From Eubacteriales bacterium (GTDB taxonomy: Bacteria; Bacillota; Clostridia; Oscillospirales; UBA644): a stretch of DNA of 13,542 nucleotides. Below the pieces are notes generated by a model that worked only from the letters and a program-made list of their open reading frames with translations, was not told the DNA's origin and did not search any database. The stretch spans positions 1 to 13,542 of the forward strand of contig JAZSCR010000065.1 of the NCBI GenBank assembly GCA_045530715.1. Reading direction: 5' to 3'. A program made the translations under genes and the position numbers. Shown piece after piece: positions 1 through 6,968 of this stretch (positions are counted from its first letter, which is position 1; each line of letters starts with the position of its first letter).

Positions 1-1
1 C

Positions 2-232
2 GTAAACCCCAATACCATAGCAAAAGCCTACGGGGATCTTGTGGCAAAGGGACTTATCGTTGCCGCAGGGGGCAGAGGATACTTTGTTGCAAAGGACTCC
101 CGCGCAGTTCTTCTTAATGCGGCCGAATCACGAATATCTGAATTTGAGGATATGGCCAAGACTCTTATCCTTTCGGGAATTGAAAAGGAGACCCTTATTT
201 CGGTAATTAACCAGATAAAGAAAGGGGAGTAG
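2..232 (+). CDS. GntR-family (YtrA-like) transcriptional regulator, C-terminal fragment; the 5' end lies outside the window
   Basis: The frame is open from base 2 (VNPNTIAKAYGDLVAKGLIVAAGGRGYFVAKDS...). This matches the recognition-helix/wing signature of GntR HTH domains (vNPNTvakAY.eLe.eGli..r.G.G.FV). About 45 aa follow the HTH, as in short YtrA-type regulators. Stop TAG at 230-232. The ORF-track start at 41 is just an internal GTG. Confidence 0.55.
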   Translation, partial: VNPNTIAKAYGDLVAKGLIVAAGGRGYFVAKDSRAVLLNAAESRISEFEDMAKTLILSGIEKETLISVINQIKKGE

Positions 233-234
233 GA

Positions 235-636
235 ATGAAGAAATATTTACCGGCGGTCTTAAGCGTTGCTACCGTGGTTTTTGAGATGCTTCCCTTTGGC
301 GCGGTGCTGAATTTTGCTCAGCCTCCCGAGGAAGCGGTCAGAAGCCTGACTTATCACTATTCCTACTTTGACCTTGAGCCCTTTGGATTTGCTAATTTCG
401 GCCCCTTTTTAACAGCCCTATTGACCTCTGTTATTCTCATTCTGACAGTTCTCGGACTATTTTTGAGCAATAGAAATTTTGCTGTTATCCGTACAGCGCT
501 ATCAATAATAGCTTTTATTGCTTCTCTTATGCCGCTGCTTCTGGGAACAGATTATTACACGGTATTCGGGCTGTTCATAAGCGTGTTAATTTTGATTAAC
601 GGCATAATGACGTATCTCTTTGAAGTAAAGAAATAA
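235..636 (+). CDS. small integral membrane protein (about 4 predicted TM helices), function unknown
   Basis: ATG at 235 lies 2 nt after the regulator's stop, with GGGGAG at 224-229 (translational coupling). Four hydrophobic stretches (about aa 5-25, 66-88, 93-114, 118-139). Followed by a strong terminator. Confidence 0.6.
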   Translation: MKKYLPAVLSVATVVFEMLPFGAVLNFAQPPEEAVRSLTYHYSYFDLEPFGFANFGPFLTALLTSVILILTVLGLFLSNRNFAVIRTALSIIAFIASLMPLLLGTDYYTVFGLFISVLILINGIMTYLFEVKK

Positions 637-653
637 AAATACCCCTATAAGCA

Positions 654-690
654 CCGCAGAGCCGTCTGACTGACGGCTCTGCGGTTTTCC
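654..690 (+). terminator. rho-independent terminator for the GntR/membrane-protein transcript
   Basis: Perfect 13-bp GC-rich stem CCGCAGAGCCGTC (654-666) / GACGGCTCTGCGG (672-684) with a 5-nt loop, then TTTT (685-688). Confidence 0.65.
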
Positions 691-699
691 GTACACGGA

Positions 700-730
700 A
701 AACCGCCCGATGCAAATGCATCGGGCGGTG
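700..730 (-). terminator. rho-independent terminator for serA (convergent partner of the previous one)
   Basis: Stem ACCGCCCGATGCA (702-714) / TGCATCGGGCGGT (717-729). On the minus strand it is followed by a T-run (complement of AAAA at 699-702). It lies 12 nt downstream of the serA stop. Confidence 0.55.
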
Positions 731-742
731 CTTATGATAATT

Positions 743-1918
743 TTAGTTAATAACTCTGACTTTTAAAACACCTTCGATATTGCTTATTTTATGGGCAATA
801 CCGTTGCCCTCTATCTTACCTGAAAGGTCGATAATAACGTAAGCCACGTCGCCCTTTGATTTGCAGGTCATGTTTTCTATATTAAGGTTTGCATGGGCGA
901 TTACTTCGGAGATCGCGTTAAGCATTTTAGGTACGTTTTTCTGAATAACGCAGATTCTCGTACCGTCCGTTCTTTCTGCCCTTATTTCGGGAAGATTTAC
1001 ACTGTTTTTAATATTACCGTTAAGGATATAATCTGCTATTTGAAGTGCGGCCATTTCAGCGCAGTTATCTTCCGATTCGGGGGTGGACGCAGCAAGGTGA
1101 GGAATGGCGACCGTGTTCTTCATTTCCATAACCTTCGCGTTGGGGAAGTCGGTAACGTAAGCGGCAACCTTGCCCTTTTCAAGAGCCTCGGAAAGTGCAT
1201 CAAAATCAGCAATTTCGGCTCTGGAGAAGTTGAGTATTCGCACACCGTTTTTCATTAGGTCGATGGCTTCTGCGTTAAGACTACCCTTCGTTTCGGCGTT
1301 AAGAGGAATATGGTAAGTGATATAGTCGCACTTTTCGTATATTTCCTTTTTTGATTCGGCTTTTATAACCGAGTTTGAGAGATTCCAAGCCGAATCAATG
1401 GTGATAAAGGGGTCGTAGCCGTATACGGTCATCCCAAGATGTGTTGCGGCTGTTGCTACCATAGCGCCAATGGCTCCAAGGCCTATTACGCCCAGGGTCT
1501 TGCCCTGTATTTCGGGGCCGCCGAAAGCGCTTTTGCCCTTTTCTACCAAGGCGGGAATTTCGTCACCCTTGTCGGCAATAGTCTTAACCCAGTTTATACC
1601 GTCAACAACCTTTCTGTTTGCCAGAAACAGAGCACAGAGTACCATTTCCTTTACGGCATTTGCATTTGCGCCGGGGGTATTGAATACACAAATACCCTTC
1701 TCCGTGCACTTGGGAATGGGAATATTGTTCACACCCGCCCCTGCTCTTGCTATGGCCGCAAGGGAGGGATTTGCGTCAAAGTCGTATTCGTGTAAAGCTG
1801 CGGAACGAACCAGAATACCTTCGGGATCGGCGCAGTTGTCGGAGCAGGTAAAGAGGCTTTTATCAAGCTTGGAAAGACCCACTTCCGCGATTTTATTCAT
1901 GGTTTTAATATTTATCAT
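743..1918 (-). CDS. serA: D-3-phosphoglycerate dehydrogenase (D-2-hydroxyacid dehydrogenase fold plus C-terminal ACT domain)
   Basis: 391 aa. NAD-binding GxGxxG (GVIGLGAIGAMVA). Catalytic region with ...IPHLAAST... typical of PGDH. The C-terminal about 70 aa look like an ACT regulatory domain. RBS AAGGAGAAAAGCTG-ATG overlaps the serC stop, indicating a serC-serA operon. Confidence 0.85.
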   Translation of the reverse strand: MINIKTMNKIAEVGLSKLDKSLFTCSDNCADPEGILVRSAALHEYDFDANPSLAAIARAGAGVNNIPIPKCTEKGICVFNTPGANANAVKEMVLCALFLANRKVVDGINWVKTIADKGDEIPALVEKGKSAFGGPEIQGKTLGVIGLGAIGAMVATAATHLGMTVYGYDPFITIDSAWNLSNSVIKAESKKEIYEKCDYITYHIPLNAETKGSLNAEAIDLMKNGVRILNFSRAEIADFDALSEALEKGKVAAYVTDFPNAKVMEMKNTVAIPHLAASTPESEDNCAEMAALQIADYILNGNIKNSVNLPEIRAERTDGTRICVIQKNVPKMLNAISEVIAHANLNIENMTCKSKGDVAYVIIDLSGKIEGNGIAHKISNIEGVLKVRVIN

Positions 1919-1930
1919 CAGCTTTTCTCC

Positions 1931-3013
1931 TTAAGCGTTTGCCTTTTCAAACTCTGCCATAAAGGCTACCAACGCATCTACGCCTTCTTCGGGCATAGCG
2001 TTGTAAATGGAAGCTCTCATACCGCCAACAGAACGATGACCCTTAAGGTTTACAAAGCCTGCCTTTGTAGCTTCTGCAACGAATTTTGCATCAAGCTCTT
2101 CGTCGCCGGTAACAAAGGGAATATTCATCAATGATCTGTCGTCGGGATTAAGAACCGTGGGCTTAAAAAGCTTGGAATTATCAAGAAAATCGTAAAGCTT
2201 CTTTGCCTTTCTTTTGTTTATCTCTCCCATAACCTCAAGACCGCCCAACTGGTCTAACCACTCAAGTACAAGCTTGCAAATGTAGATAGCGTACGTGGGA
2301 GGCGTGTTGTACATAGATCCGTTTTCCACGTGAGTGGTGTACTTGAACATAGTGGGGGTAATATCCATAGCGTCGCTTATAAGGTCTTCGCGGATAATTA
2401 CAACGGTAAGGCCTGCAGGACCCATATTCTTCTGGGCACCAGCAAAAATAAGGCCGTAGTCGGATACGTTTATGGGCTCACTGAGGATGCAGGAAGAGAG
2501 GTCTGCAACCAGAGGTACGTTACCTGTATCGGGAAGGTTTTTGAATCTGGTACCGTAAATTGTGTTGTTCTGGCAGATATAGAAATAATCGGCGTCCTTA
2601 TCAAATTTTTCGGGGTCAAGTTCGGGGATGTAAGAGAATGTTTTGTCCTGAGAGGATGCCACTACGTTAACGTTGCCGTAACGAGCTGCTTCTTCTTTTG
2701 CCTTCTTTGCCCACATGCCCGTAAGCACAAGGTCAATCTTGCCCTTTTTCATAAGATTCATGGGAATCATTGCAAACTGACTGGAAGCACCGCCCTGAAG
2801 GAACATAACCTTGTAATTATCGGGAATGTTCATTATTTTGCGAAGGAGAGCTTCTGCGCCCTGAATGATTTTTTCGTACGGCTTAGATCGGTGACTCATC
2901 TCCATTACTGACATTCCGGACTCTTCGTAGCACAGCATCTCGTCCTGTGCTTTTTTCAGTACCTCTTCGGGTAAAACCGAGGGGCCTGCGGAAAAATTAT
3001 AAACTCTTTTCAT
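1931..3013 (-). CDS. serC: phosphoserine aminotransferase (class V aminotransferase)
   Basis: 360 aa. N-terminus MKRVYNFSAGPSVLPEEVL is the canonical SerC start. Length and adjacency to serA fit. Confidence 0.9.
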   Translation of the reverse strand: MKRVYNFSAGPSVLPEEVLKKAQDEMLCYEESGMSVMEMSHRSKPYEKIIQGAEALLRKIMNIPDNYKVMFLQGGASSQFAMIPMNLMKKGKIDLVLTGMWAKKAKEEAARYGNVNVVASSQDKTFSYIPELDPEKFDKDADYFYICQNNTIYGTRFKNLPDTGNVPLVADLSSCILSEPINVSDYGLIFAGAQKNMGPAGLTVVIIREDLISDAMDITPTMFKYTTHVENGSMYNTPPTYAIYICKLVLEWLDQLGGLEVMGEINKRKAKKLYDFLDNSKLFKPTVLNPDDRSLMNIPFVTGDEELDAKFVAEATKAGFVNLKGHRSVGGMRASIYNAMPEEGVDALVAFMAEFEKANA

Positions 3014-3276
3014 GTTGATTTTCCGGCCTTATCTCTTTTTTAGATAAGCACCTTTCCTTTCTTCAAAAATATGCCTTGCCGGCCTTTATTATTTTATGCT
3101 TTCCGAAAATCCGCCGTGAGTAAATGACGTATAGTGAAAGTATATGTTTAGCATTATATCAGAGTAAAGTGAAAAAGTCAATAGTATATTTTAACAAAAC
3201 AATGACAATCTTTTTGTATAAATAATTTTGTTTGGGGGAAAATGAAAATACAAAGAAAAATAAAGGAATGAACCCT

Positions 3277-3888
3277 ATGAAAACCTTTCTCGGACTGACG
3301 TTGGCACTTAATATTGCATTTTCATCACTCTTTGGCGGGATGCTGAATTATTTTGATATGACGGAGAGTAAAGATAACTTTTTCCGTCTTCATATTCGGG
3401 CTAACAGCGACCTTGAAGCGGATCAGGAGCTTAAACTGAAGGTGCGTGATGCCGTACTTGAGGTAACCTCTGTTCTTACGGAGGGGGCGACCTCAAAGGC
3501 AGAAGCTATGGATGCTGTCAAGGACGGAATTTCTCTTATAGAGGATGCGGCAACGGAGGTTCTCCGCGAGAACGGCTCCCATCAGGCCATTTCTGTTGAG
3601 GTAAAAAGAGAGTATTTTGAATACAGAGAATACGGGAATTTTTATCTGCCCGCAGGGTATTACGACAGCCTCATAATAGAGCTTGGCAGCGGGCAGGGGC
3701 ATAATTGGTGGTGCGTGGTCTTTCCCGCCGTATGCATAAGCGGTAGCGCGGACGCCGAAACGGTTATGGCCGTGAATACCAACTCAATTCCGGAAGAATT
3801 ACGCCTTGCACAAAATCCTGCCCCACAAAAGGTTAAGTATGAGTTTTGGATAGTTAATGCCATAAAGGAACTGTTTGGAATAAAATAA
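3277..3888 (+). CDS. spoIIR: stage II sporulation protein R (forespore signalling protein activating SpoIIGA/pro-sigma-E processing)
   Basis: Signal-peptide-like N-terminus MKTFLGLTLALNIAFSS. FRLHIRANSDLEADQELKLKVRDAV resembles the B. subtilis SpoIIR segment IRLRILANSDSDQDQQLK. GHNWWCVVFPAVCI matches the GANWWCVLFPPLCF motif. I chose ATG 3277 (AAAGGA at 3262-3267, 9-nt spacer). The ORF-track start 3232 is a TTG without an RBS; ATG 3268 is an alternative. Confidence 0.8.
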   Translation: MKTFLGLTLALNIAFSSLFGGMLNYFDMTESKDNFFRLHIRANSDLEADQELKLKVRDAVLEVTSVLTEGATSKAEAMDAVKDGISLIEDAATEVLRENGSHQAISVEVKREYFEYREYGNFYLPAGYYDSLIIELGSGQGHNWWCVVFPAVCISGSADAETVMAVNTNSIPEELRLAQNPAPQKVKYEFWIVNAIKELFGIK

Positions 3889-3891
3889 AGT

Positions 3892-3930
3892 AAAAAGAGG
3901 CAACCCATATTCGGGTTGCCTCTTTTTTTG
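3892..3930. terminator. bidirectional rho-independent terminator shared by spoIIR (+) and tmRNA (-)
   Basis: 11-bp stem AGAGGCAACCC (3896-3906) / GGGTTGCCTCT (3913-3923). It is flanked by an A-run on the 5' side and TTTTTT (3924-3929) on the 3' side, so it works on both strands. Confidence 0.7.
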
Positions 3931-3947
3931 CTTTCAGTAATAACAAT

Positions 3948-4341
3948 TGGTGGAGCAGACGGGAGTTGAACCCGTGTCCGTAAAGCAGTCCATGAAACTT
4001 TCTCCGGGTGCAGTCGGATGTTTATATTCGTTCCCGAGAGGGGCAAGGGCAAACCCTCAGGGGAATATAGCCAAAATTATACGGTCATCAAGTCTTGGCT
4101 GACGGACGGTTTCTTAAGGCGAACCTTAAGACCTGTCAGTCCCGAGAATCCCGTTGTCTGCAAAAAACACGCCGGTAATCGGGCCGCAGAACTCCCGATA
4201 CAGACGACTGCCGTTAGTTAGGCAGCAACTAATTCGTTATGATTAGCGTTTAATTTTAAAGTTTACAGCCTTTAAAGTGATTGCTGCAACACTACCCGCT
4301 TATCGCACTTCGTTCTCCACGTCGAAATCCGGTACTGCCCC
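3948..4341 (-). ncRNA. ssrA: tmRNA (transfer-messenger RNA, SsrA)
   Basis: Minus-strand 5' end GGGGCAGUACCGGAUUUCGACG (compare E. coli GGGGCUGAUUCUGGAUUCGACGGG). 3' end ...GGACACGGGUUCAACUCCCGUCUGCUCCACCA with a T-arm (ACGGG/UUCAACU/CCCGU), discriminator A and encoded CCA. The 7-bp acceptor stem GGGGCAG/CUGCUCC includes the G3-U70 wobble (alanine identity). Internal tag ORF at plus coordinates 4247 down to 4218, GCU AAU CAU AAC GAA UUA GUU GCU GCC UAA, preceded by an A/U-rich UUUAAAAUUAAAC. ORF-track entries 3660..4052(-) and 4018..4221(+) are artefacts over this RNA. Confidence 0.85.
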
Positions 4342-4370
4342 ATATAGGGTACCTTAGTTAGGTACCACAT

Positions 4371-4399
4371 ATTATATCACAGAACGGACTTTTTGTCAA
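4371..4399 (-). promoter_or_regulatory. sigma-A consensus promoter for ssrA (minus strand)
   Basis: Minus strand reads TTGACA (plus 4394-4399), a 17-nt spacer, then TATAAT (plus 4371-4376). The mature tmRNA 5' end (4341) lies about 30 nt downstream, consistent with a processed precursor. Confidence 0.6.
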
Positions 4400-4412
4400 T
4401 AGATGAGTACTG

Positions 4413-5402
4413 TCAAATAGTGTCGTTGCCAACGGGGGTGAGGAAGAGCTGTTCAAACTCCGCCGCCGTGGAGGTTTGGGGGAGTGCCCACATTATTTTT
4501 GCAACCACGGCCTCCGTTGTCATATCGTAGGCTTCGGGTATTTCATATTTTTGCTTAATTCGTAATCCTACCTGATAGACCGACATATCACTGCCTTCGT
4601 GGGGTACCTGGGTGGTGATAACTATTCTTACGCCTTTTGAGATAAGCATTTCAATTTTTTCGGTAAACTCGTCGTTTTCATAATAGGGGATACCGCCCAC
4701 ACCAAAGCTTTCTATGATTACGGCGTGGCATTTTTCTGCGGCAAAATCAAAAATATCTGCGCTCATGCCGGGGATTAGCTTGACTATGGTGACGGCAGGG
4801 TCTATCTTATCGTAAAATTTTACGGGGCCGGTCAGGCTATCCTTGATATAGTATTTGACCTTTGCGCCTCTGATAAAGCCAATTTCGGGATAATCGATGC
4901 TGGAAAAGGCTTTAAAGCTCTTTGTGTGAGTCTTTCTGGCTCTGGTTGCGGCGATTATCTTACCGTTGAATACGATGTGGACTCCGCAGGCGTTTTCGTC
5001 GGATGCGTAGAGGAAGGCATTGGTCAGATTTTCACGGGCATCGGTATCTCTGTTTTCAATGGGTATCTGGGCGCCTGTAAGGACAATGGGCTTAGGACTG
5101 TTCTGTATCAGATAATGAAGAGTAGCTGCCGCGTAGGCCATTGTGTCGGTGCCGTGGGTGATGACAAATCCGTCGTAGTTTTCGTATACGTCTTTAATAT
5201 AGAGGGCAACGTTGAGCCAATTTTCGGGACGCATATTGGTACTGTCAAGGTTATAAAGTCTTACTGACGATACCTTGCAGATGTTTTTTACTTCGGGAAC
5301 ATGGTGTAAAAGCTGTTCGGGGTTTGCCGTGGGGGTGAGGCCCTCGCCGCTTTGAGTTGAGGCTATGGTGCCGCCTGTAGTTATCAAAAGTATGTGTTTC
5401 AT
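4413..5402 (-). CDS. ansA: L-asparaginase, type I (cytoplasmic)
   Basis: Asparaginase signatures ILLITTGGTIAS (Thr-rich active-site loop) and VITHGTDTMAYAAA. I chose ATG at 5402 (MKHILLITTGG...) with RBS GGAGA and a 7-nt spacer. The ORF-track start 5420 is an upstream GTG whose extension would read through that RBS. Confidence 0.85.
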   Translation of the reverse strand: MKHILLITTGGTIASTQSGEGLTPTANPEQLLHHVPEVKNICKVSSVRLYNLDSTNMRPENWLNVALYIKDVYENYDGFVITHGTDTMAYAAATLHYLIQNSPKPIVLTGAQIPIENRDTDARENLTNAFLYASDENACGVHIVFNGKIIAATRARKTHTKSFKAFSSIDYPEIGFIRGAKVKYYIKDSLTGPVKFYDKIDPAVTIVKLIPGMSADIFDFAAEKCHAVIIESFGVGGIPYYENDEFTEKIEMLISKGVRIVITTQVPHEGSDMSVYQVGLRIKQKYEIPEAYDMTTEAVVAKIMWALPQTSTAAEFEQLFLTPVGNDTI

Positions 5403-5442
5403 CCAAGATCTCCGTATCACGCTTAAAATGTATCTTATATAA

Positions 5443-5471
5443 ATAATATCATATTATTCCTTTTATTTCAA
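5443..5471 (-). promoter_or_regulatory. candidate sigma-A promoter for ansA
   Basis: Minus strand: TTGAAA (plus 5466-5471), 17-nt spacer, TATTAT (plus 5443-5448), about 40 nt upstream of the ATG. Confidence 0.4.
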
Positions 5472-5714
5472 GAGGGGAAAGAAAAAAACATAAATAAAGT
5501 TTCATATGCCGTCTGTAAAGGCTTTTGGCAGACATGTGGTTTGAACCATAGAAAAAGTCATGCTATTCGATACGTGTAAAAAGTGAAAAAAACACGTTGT
5601 TTATCAGTATTTTTTAGATAGAGACCAAAAGCTCGGGGGAAGATTGTTTGTGATGATATTGCTGTCAAGGCTTTGAGCCGACAGACAAAAAATGATAAAT
5701 TTAATTTTTTCTAC

Positions 5715-5743
5715 TTGAAAAAAACTCGGATTTGTGTTATACT
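5715..5743 (+). promoter_or_regulatory. sigma-A promoter with extended -10 for the DUF4317-like gene
   Basis: TTGAAA (5715-5720), 17-nt spacer, TGtTATACT (-10 at 5738-5743). RBS GAGGAAATTT-ATG at 5775. Confidence 0.55.
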
Positions 5744-5774
5744 GTAAAAACATTCAGAAAATGCGAGGAAATTT

Positions 5775-6920
5775 ATGAACAAAAGAAATATTGGGGAGAT
5801 CCGCAGACGCCTTTCTCCCGATAAAAATAATATTGCCCGCGTATGCGGATGCTATGTAAACGAGAAAAAAGAGATAATATCTACATTCACTTCCGCCCTT
5901 CCCACCCTTCCTCTTGACGAGGCCGAAAAGTATCTGGGTATTTTCAGACGTACTCTTTCGGGAACAAGACGTAAGAACCTCATCGATATAGAGTTCTCTC
6001 CCCAGCAGGTAGCGGAGTCTGAATCCTATAAACTGCTTAATACTCTGAGAAAGACGGGGTTAAAGGACGAAGAAGCCGTAAAGGGTCTATTTGATAAAAT
6101 TATTGAATCGGTGACCTTTGAGGAAGGCTACGTAATTCTTCTTATGCAGGAAAATTACGACGTGGCATTTAAGACGAAGAATGACGAGGAGCTTCCCGAC
6201 GGGTCGGAGAATGTGTTTAATTACATAATTTGCAGTATTTGCCCCATTAAGATGACCAAGTCTGCTCTGAGTTACGACTCCCAGGATAAGAACTTCCACA
6301 GTAGCAGATGTGATTGGATAGTTACCTCACCCGTAAACGGATTTATGTTTCCCCAGTTTGAAGGTAGAGGTGCCAATATCCACGGTGCCCTGTTCTATAC
6401 AAGGTCTTCTTCTGCGGATAACAGTCTGCTTGCGGACAGCCTTTTCAATGCTCCCGTACCTATGCCCGCCACGGCACAGAAGTACACCTTCCACTCTGTT
6501 TTGAGTGATTCTCTTGAGGAAGAGTGTAGCTTTGACGTTGTTTGCGAGGTCAGAGAAAAGATATGCGATATTATTTCCGGAAACAAGGAAATAAAGAATG
6601 ACGACGACCACGTGGCCGTATCGAAAAATATAGTAAAGCACGTTCTTCGCGACTGCGGTGTGTCCGAAGAAAAGGTTGAAAACTTCGGACAAAAATACGA
6701 CGAAGAGTTCGGAAAGGGTAACGATATACTGCCCGAAAACATAGTCAACGTCAAGCAATTTGAGATAAAGACCCCTGACGTTCAGATAAGAGTCAATCCC
6801 GAAAAAGAGGACCTTGTTGACGTTAGGGTAATAGACGGCGTTAAGTACGTTCTGGTAAGAGCCGAGGACGGTGTCGAGGTAAACGGCGTGTTTATTAACA
6901 TTTCAAAAGATGAAGAATAA
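5775..6920 (+). CDS. uncharacterized protein resembling the DUF4317 family (Firmicutes-specific, function unknown)
   Basis: 381 aa, good RBS, own promoter and terminator. N-terminus MNKRNIGEIRRRLSPDKNNIARVCGCYVNEKKE... matches my recollection of DUF4317 N-termini (MNKKEI.EI.K.F..DNC.I.RICGCYV). Conserved-looking Cys positions (CGC, CSIC, SRCDW) and an acidic C-terminal third. The family assignment is from memory, not a search. Confidence 0.7.
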   Translation: MNKRNIGEIRRRLSPDKNNIARVCGCYVNEKKEIISTFTSALPTLPLDEAEKYLGIFRRTLSGTRRKNLIDIEFSPQQVAESESYKLLNTLRKTGLKDEEAVKGLFDKIIESVTFEEGYVILLMQENYDVAFKTKNDEELPDGSENVFNYIICSICPIKMTKSALSYDSQDKNFHSSRCDWIVTSPVNGFMFPQFEGRGANIHGALFYTRSSSADNSLLADSLFNAPVPMPATAQKYTFHSVLSDSLEEECSFDVVCEVREKICDIISGNKEIKNDDDHVAVSKNIVKHVLRDCGVSEEKVENFGQKYDEEFGKGNDILPENIVNVKQFEIKTPDVQIRVNPEKEDLVDVRVIDGVKYVLVRAEDGVEVNGVFINISKDEE

Positions 6921-6921
6921 G

Positions 6922-6950
6922 AAAAAGAGGCAGTGTCGCTGCCTCTTTTT
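6922..6950. terminator. bidirectional terminator between the convergent DUF4317-like and DUF1540-like genes
   Basis: Stem AGAGGCAG (6926-6933) / CTGCCTCT (6939-6946), preceded by AAAAA and followed by TTTT. Confidence 0.65.
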
Positions 6951-6968
6951 CCTTGCTACAAGCAATGC

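Noticed and set aside
893-2911. Plus-strand ORFs 893..1258, 1439..1795, 1470..1934 and 2330..2911
   Set aside because: All lie antisense inside serA/serC, whose products have clear, well-conserved enzyme signatures. They have no RBS and low-complexity, Cys/Gly-rich translations typical of antisense frames.
3014-3231. T-box or other riboswitch in the serC leader
   Set aside because: The intergenic space (about 220 bp) must also hold the divergent spoIIR promoter. There is no specifier-loop/T-box motif (AATTAGGGTGGNACCGCG), and no antiterminator/terminator pair with a U-tract. Only a short palindrome is present.
3493-4221. ORFs 3493..3702(-), 3660..4052(-) and 4018..4221(+)
   Set aside because: The first is antisense within spoIIR. 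The other two lie across the tmRNA gene and the shared terminator. The RNA structure explains the sequence, and the translations (for example 'MPLPLSGTNINIRLHPEK...') have no RBS and Pro/Cys/Ser-rich composition.
3890-4420. Genomic island or prophage integrated at the tmRNA 3' end
   Set aside because: The sequence immediately downstream of the tmRNA CCA end is the spoIIR terminator and gene. No integrase, no direct repeat of the tmRNA 3' end and no compositional shift are visible in the window.
4926-5267. Plus-strand ORF 4926..5267, antisense in ansA
   Set aside because: It is embedded in a strongly supported asparaginase CDS, with no RBS and a Gly/Val/Cys-rich antisense-type translation.
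6087-6758. Minus-strand ORFs 6087..6299, 6327..6758 and 6395..6754 inside the DUF4317-like gene
   Set aside because: The plus-strand frame has a promoter, RBS, terminator and a coherent 381-aa product. The minus-strand ORFs overlap each other in two frames and lack start signals.
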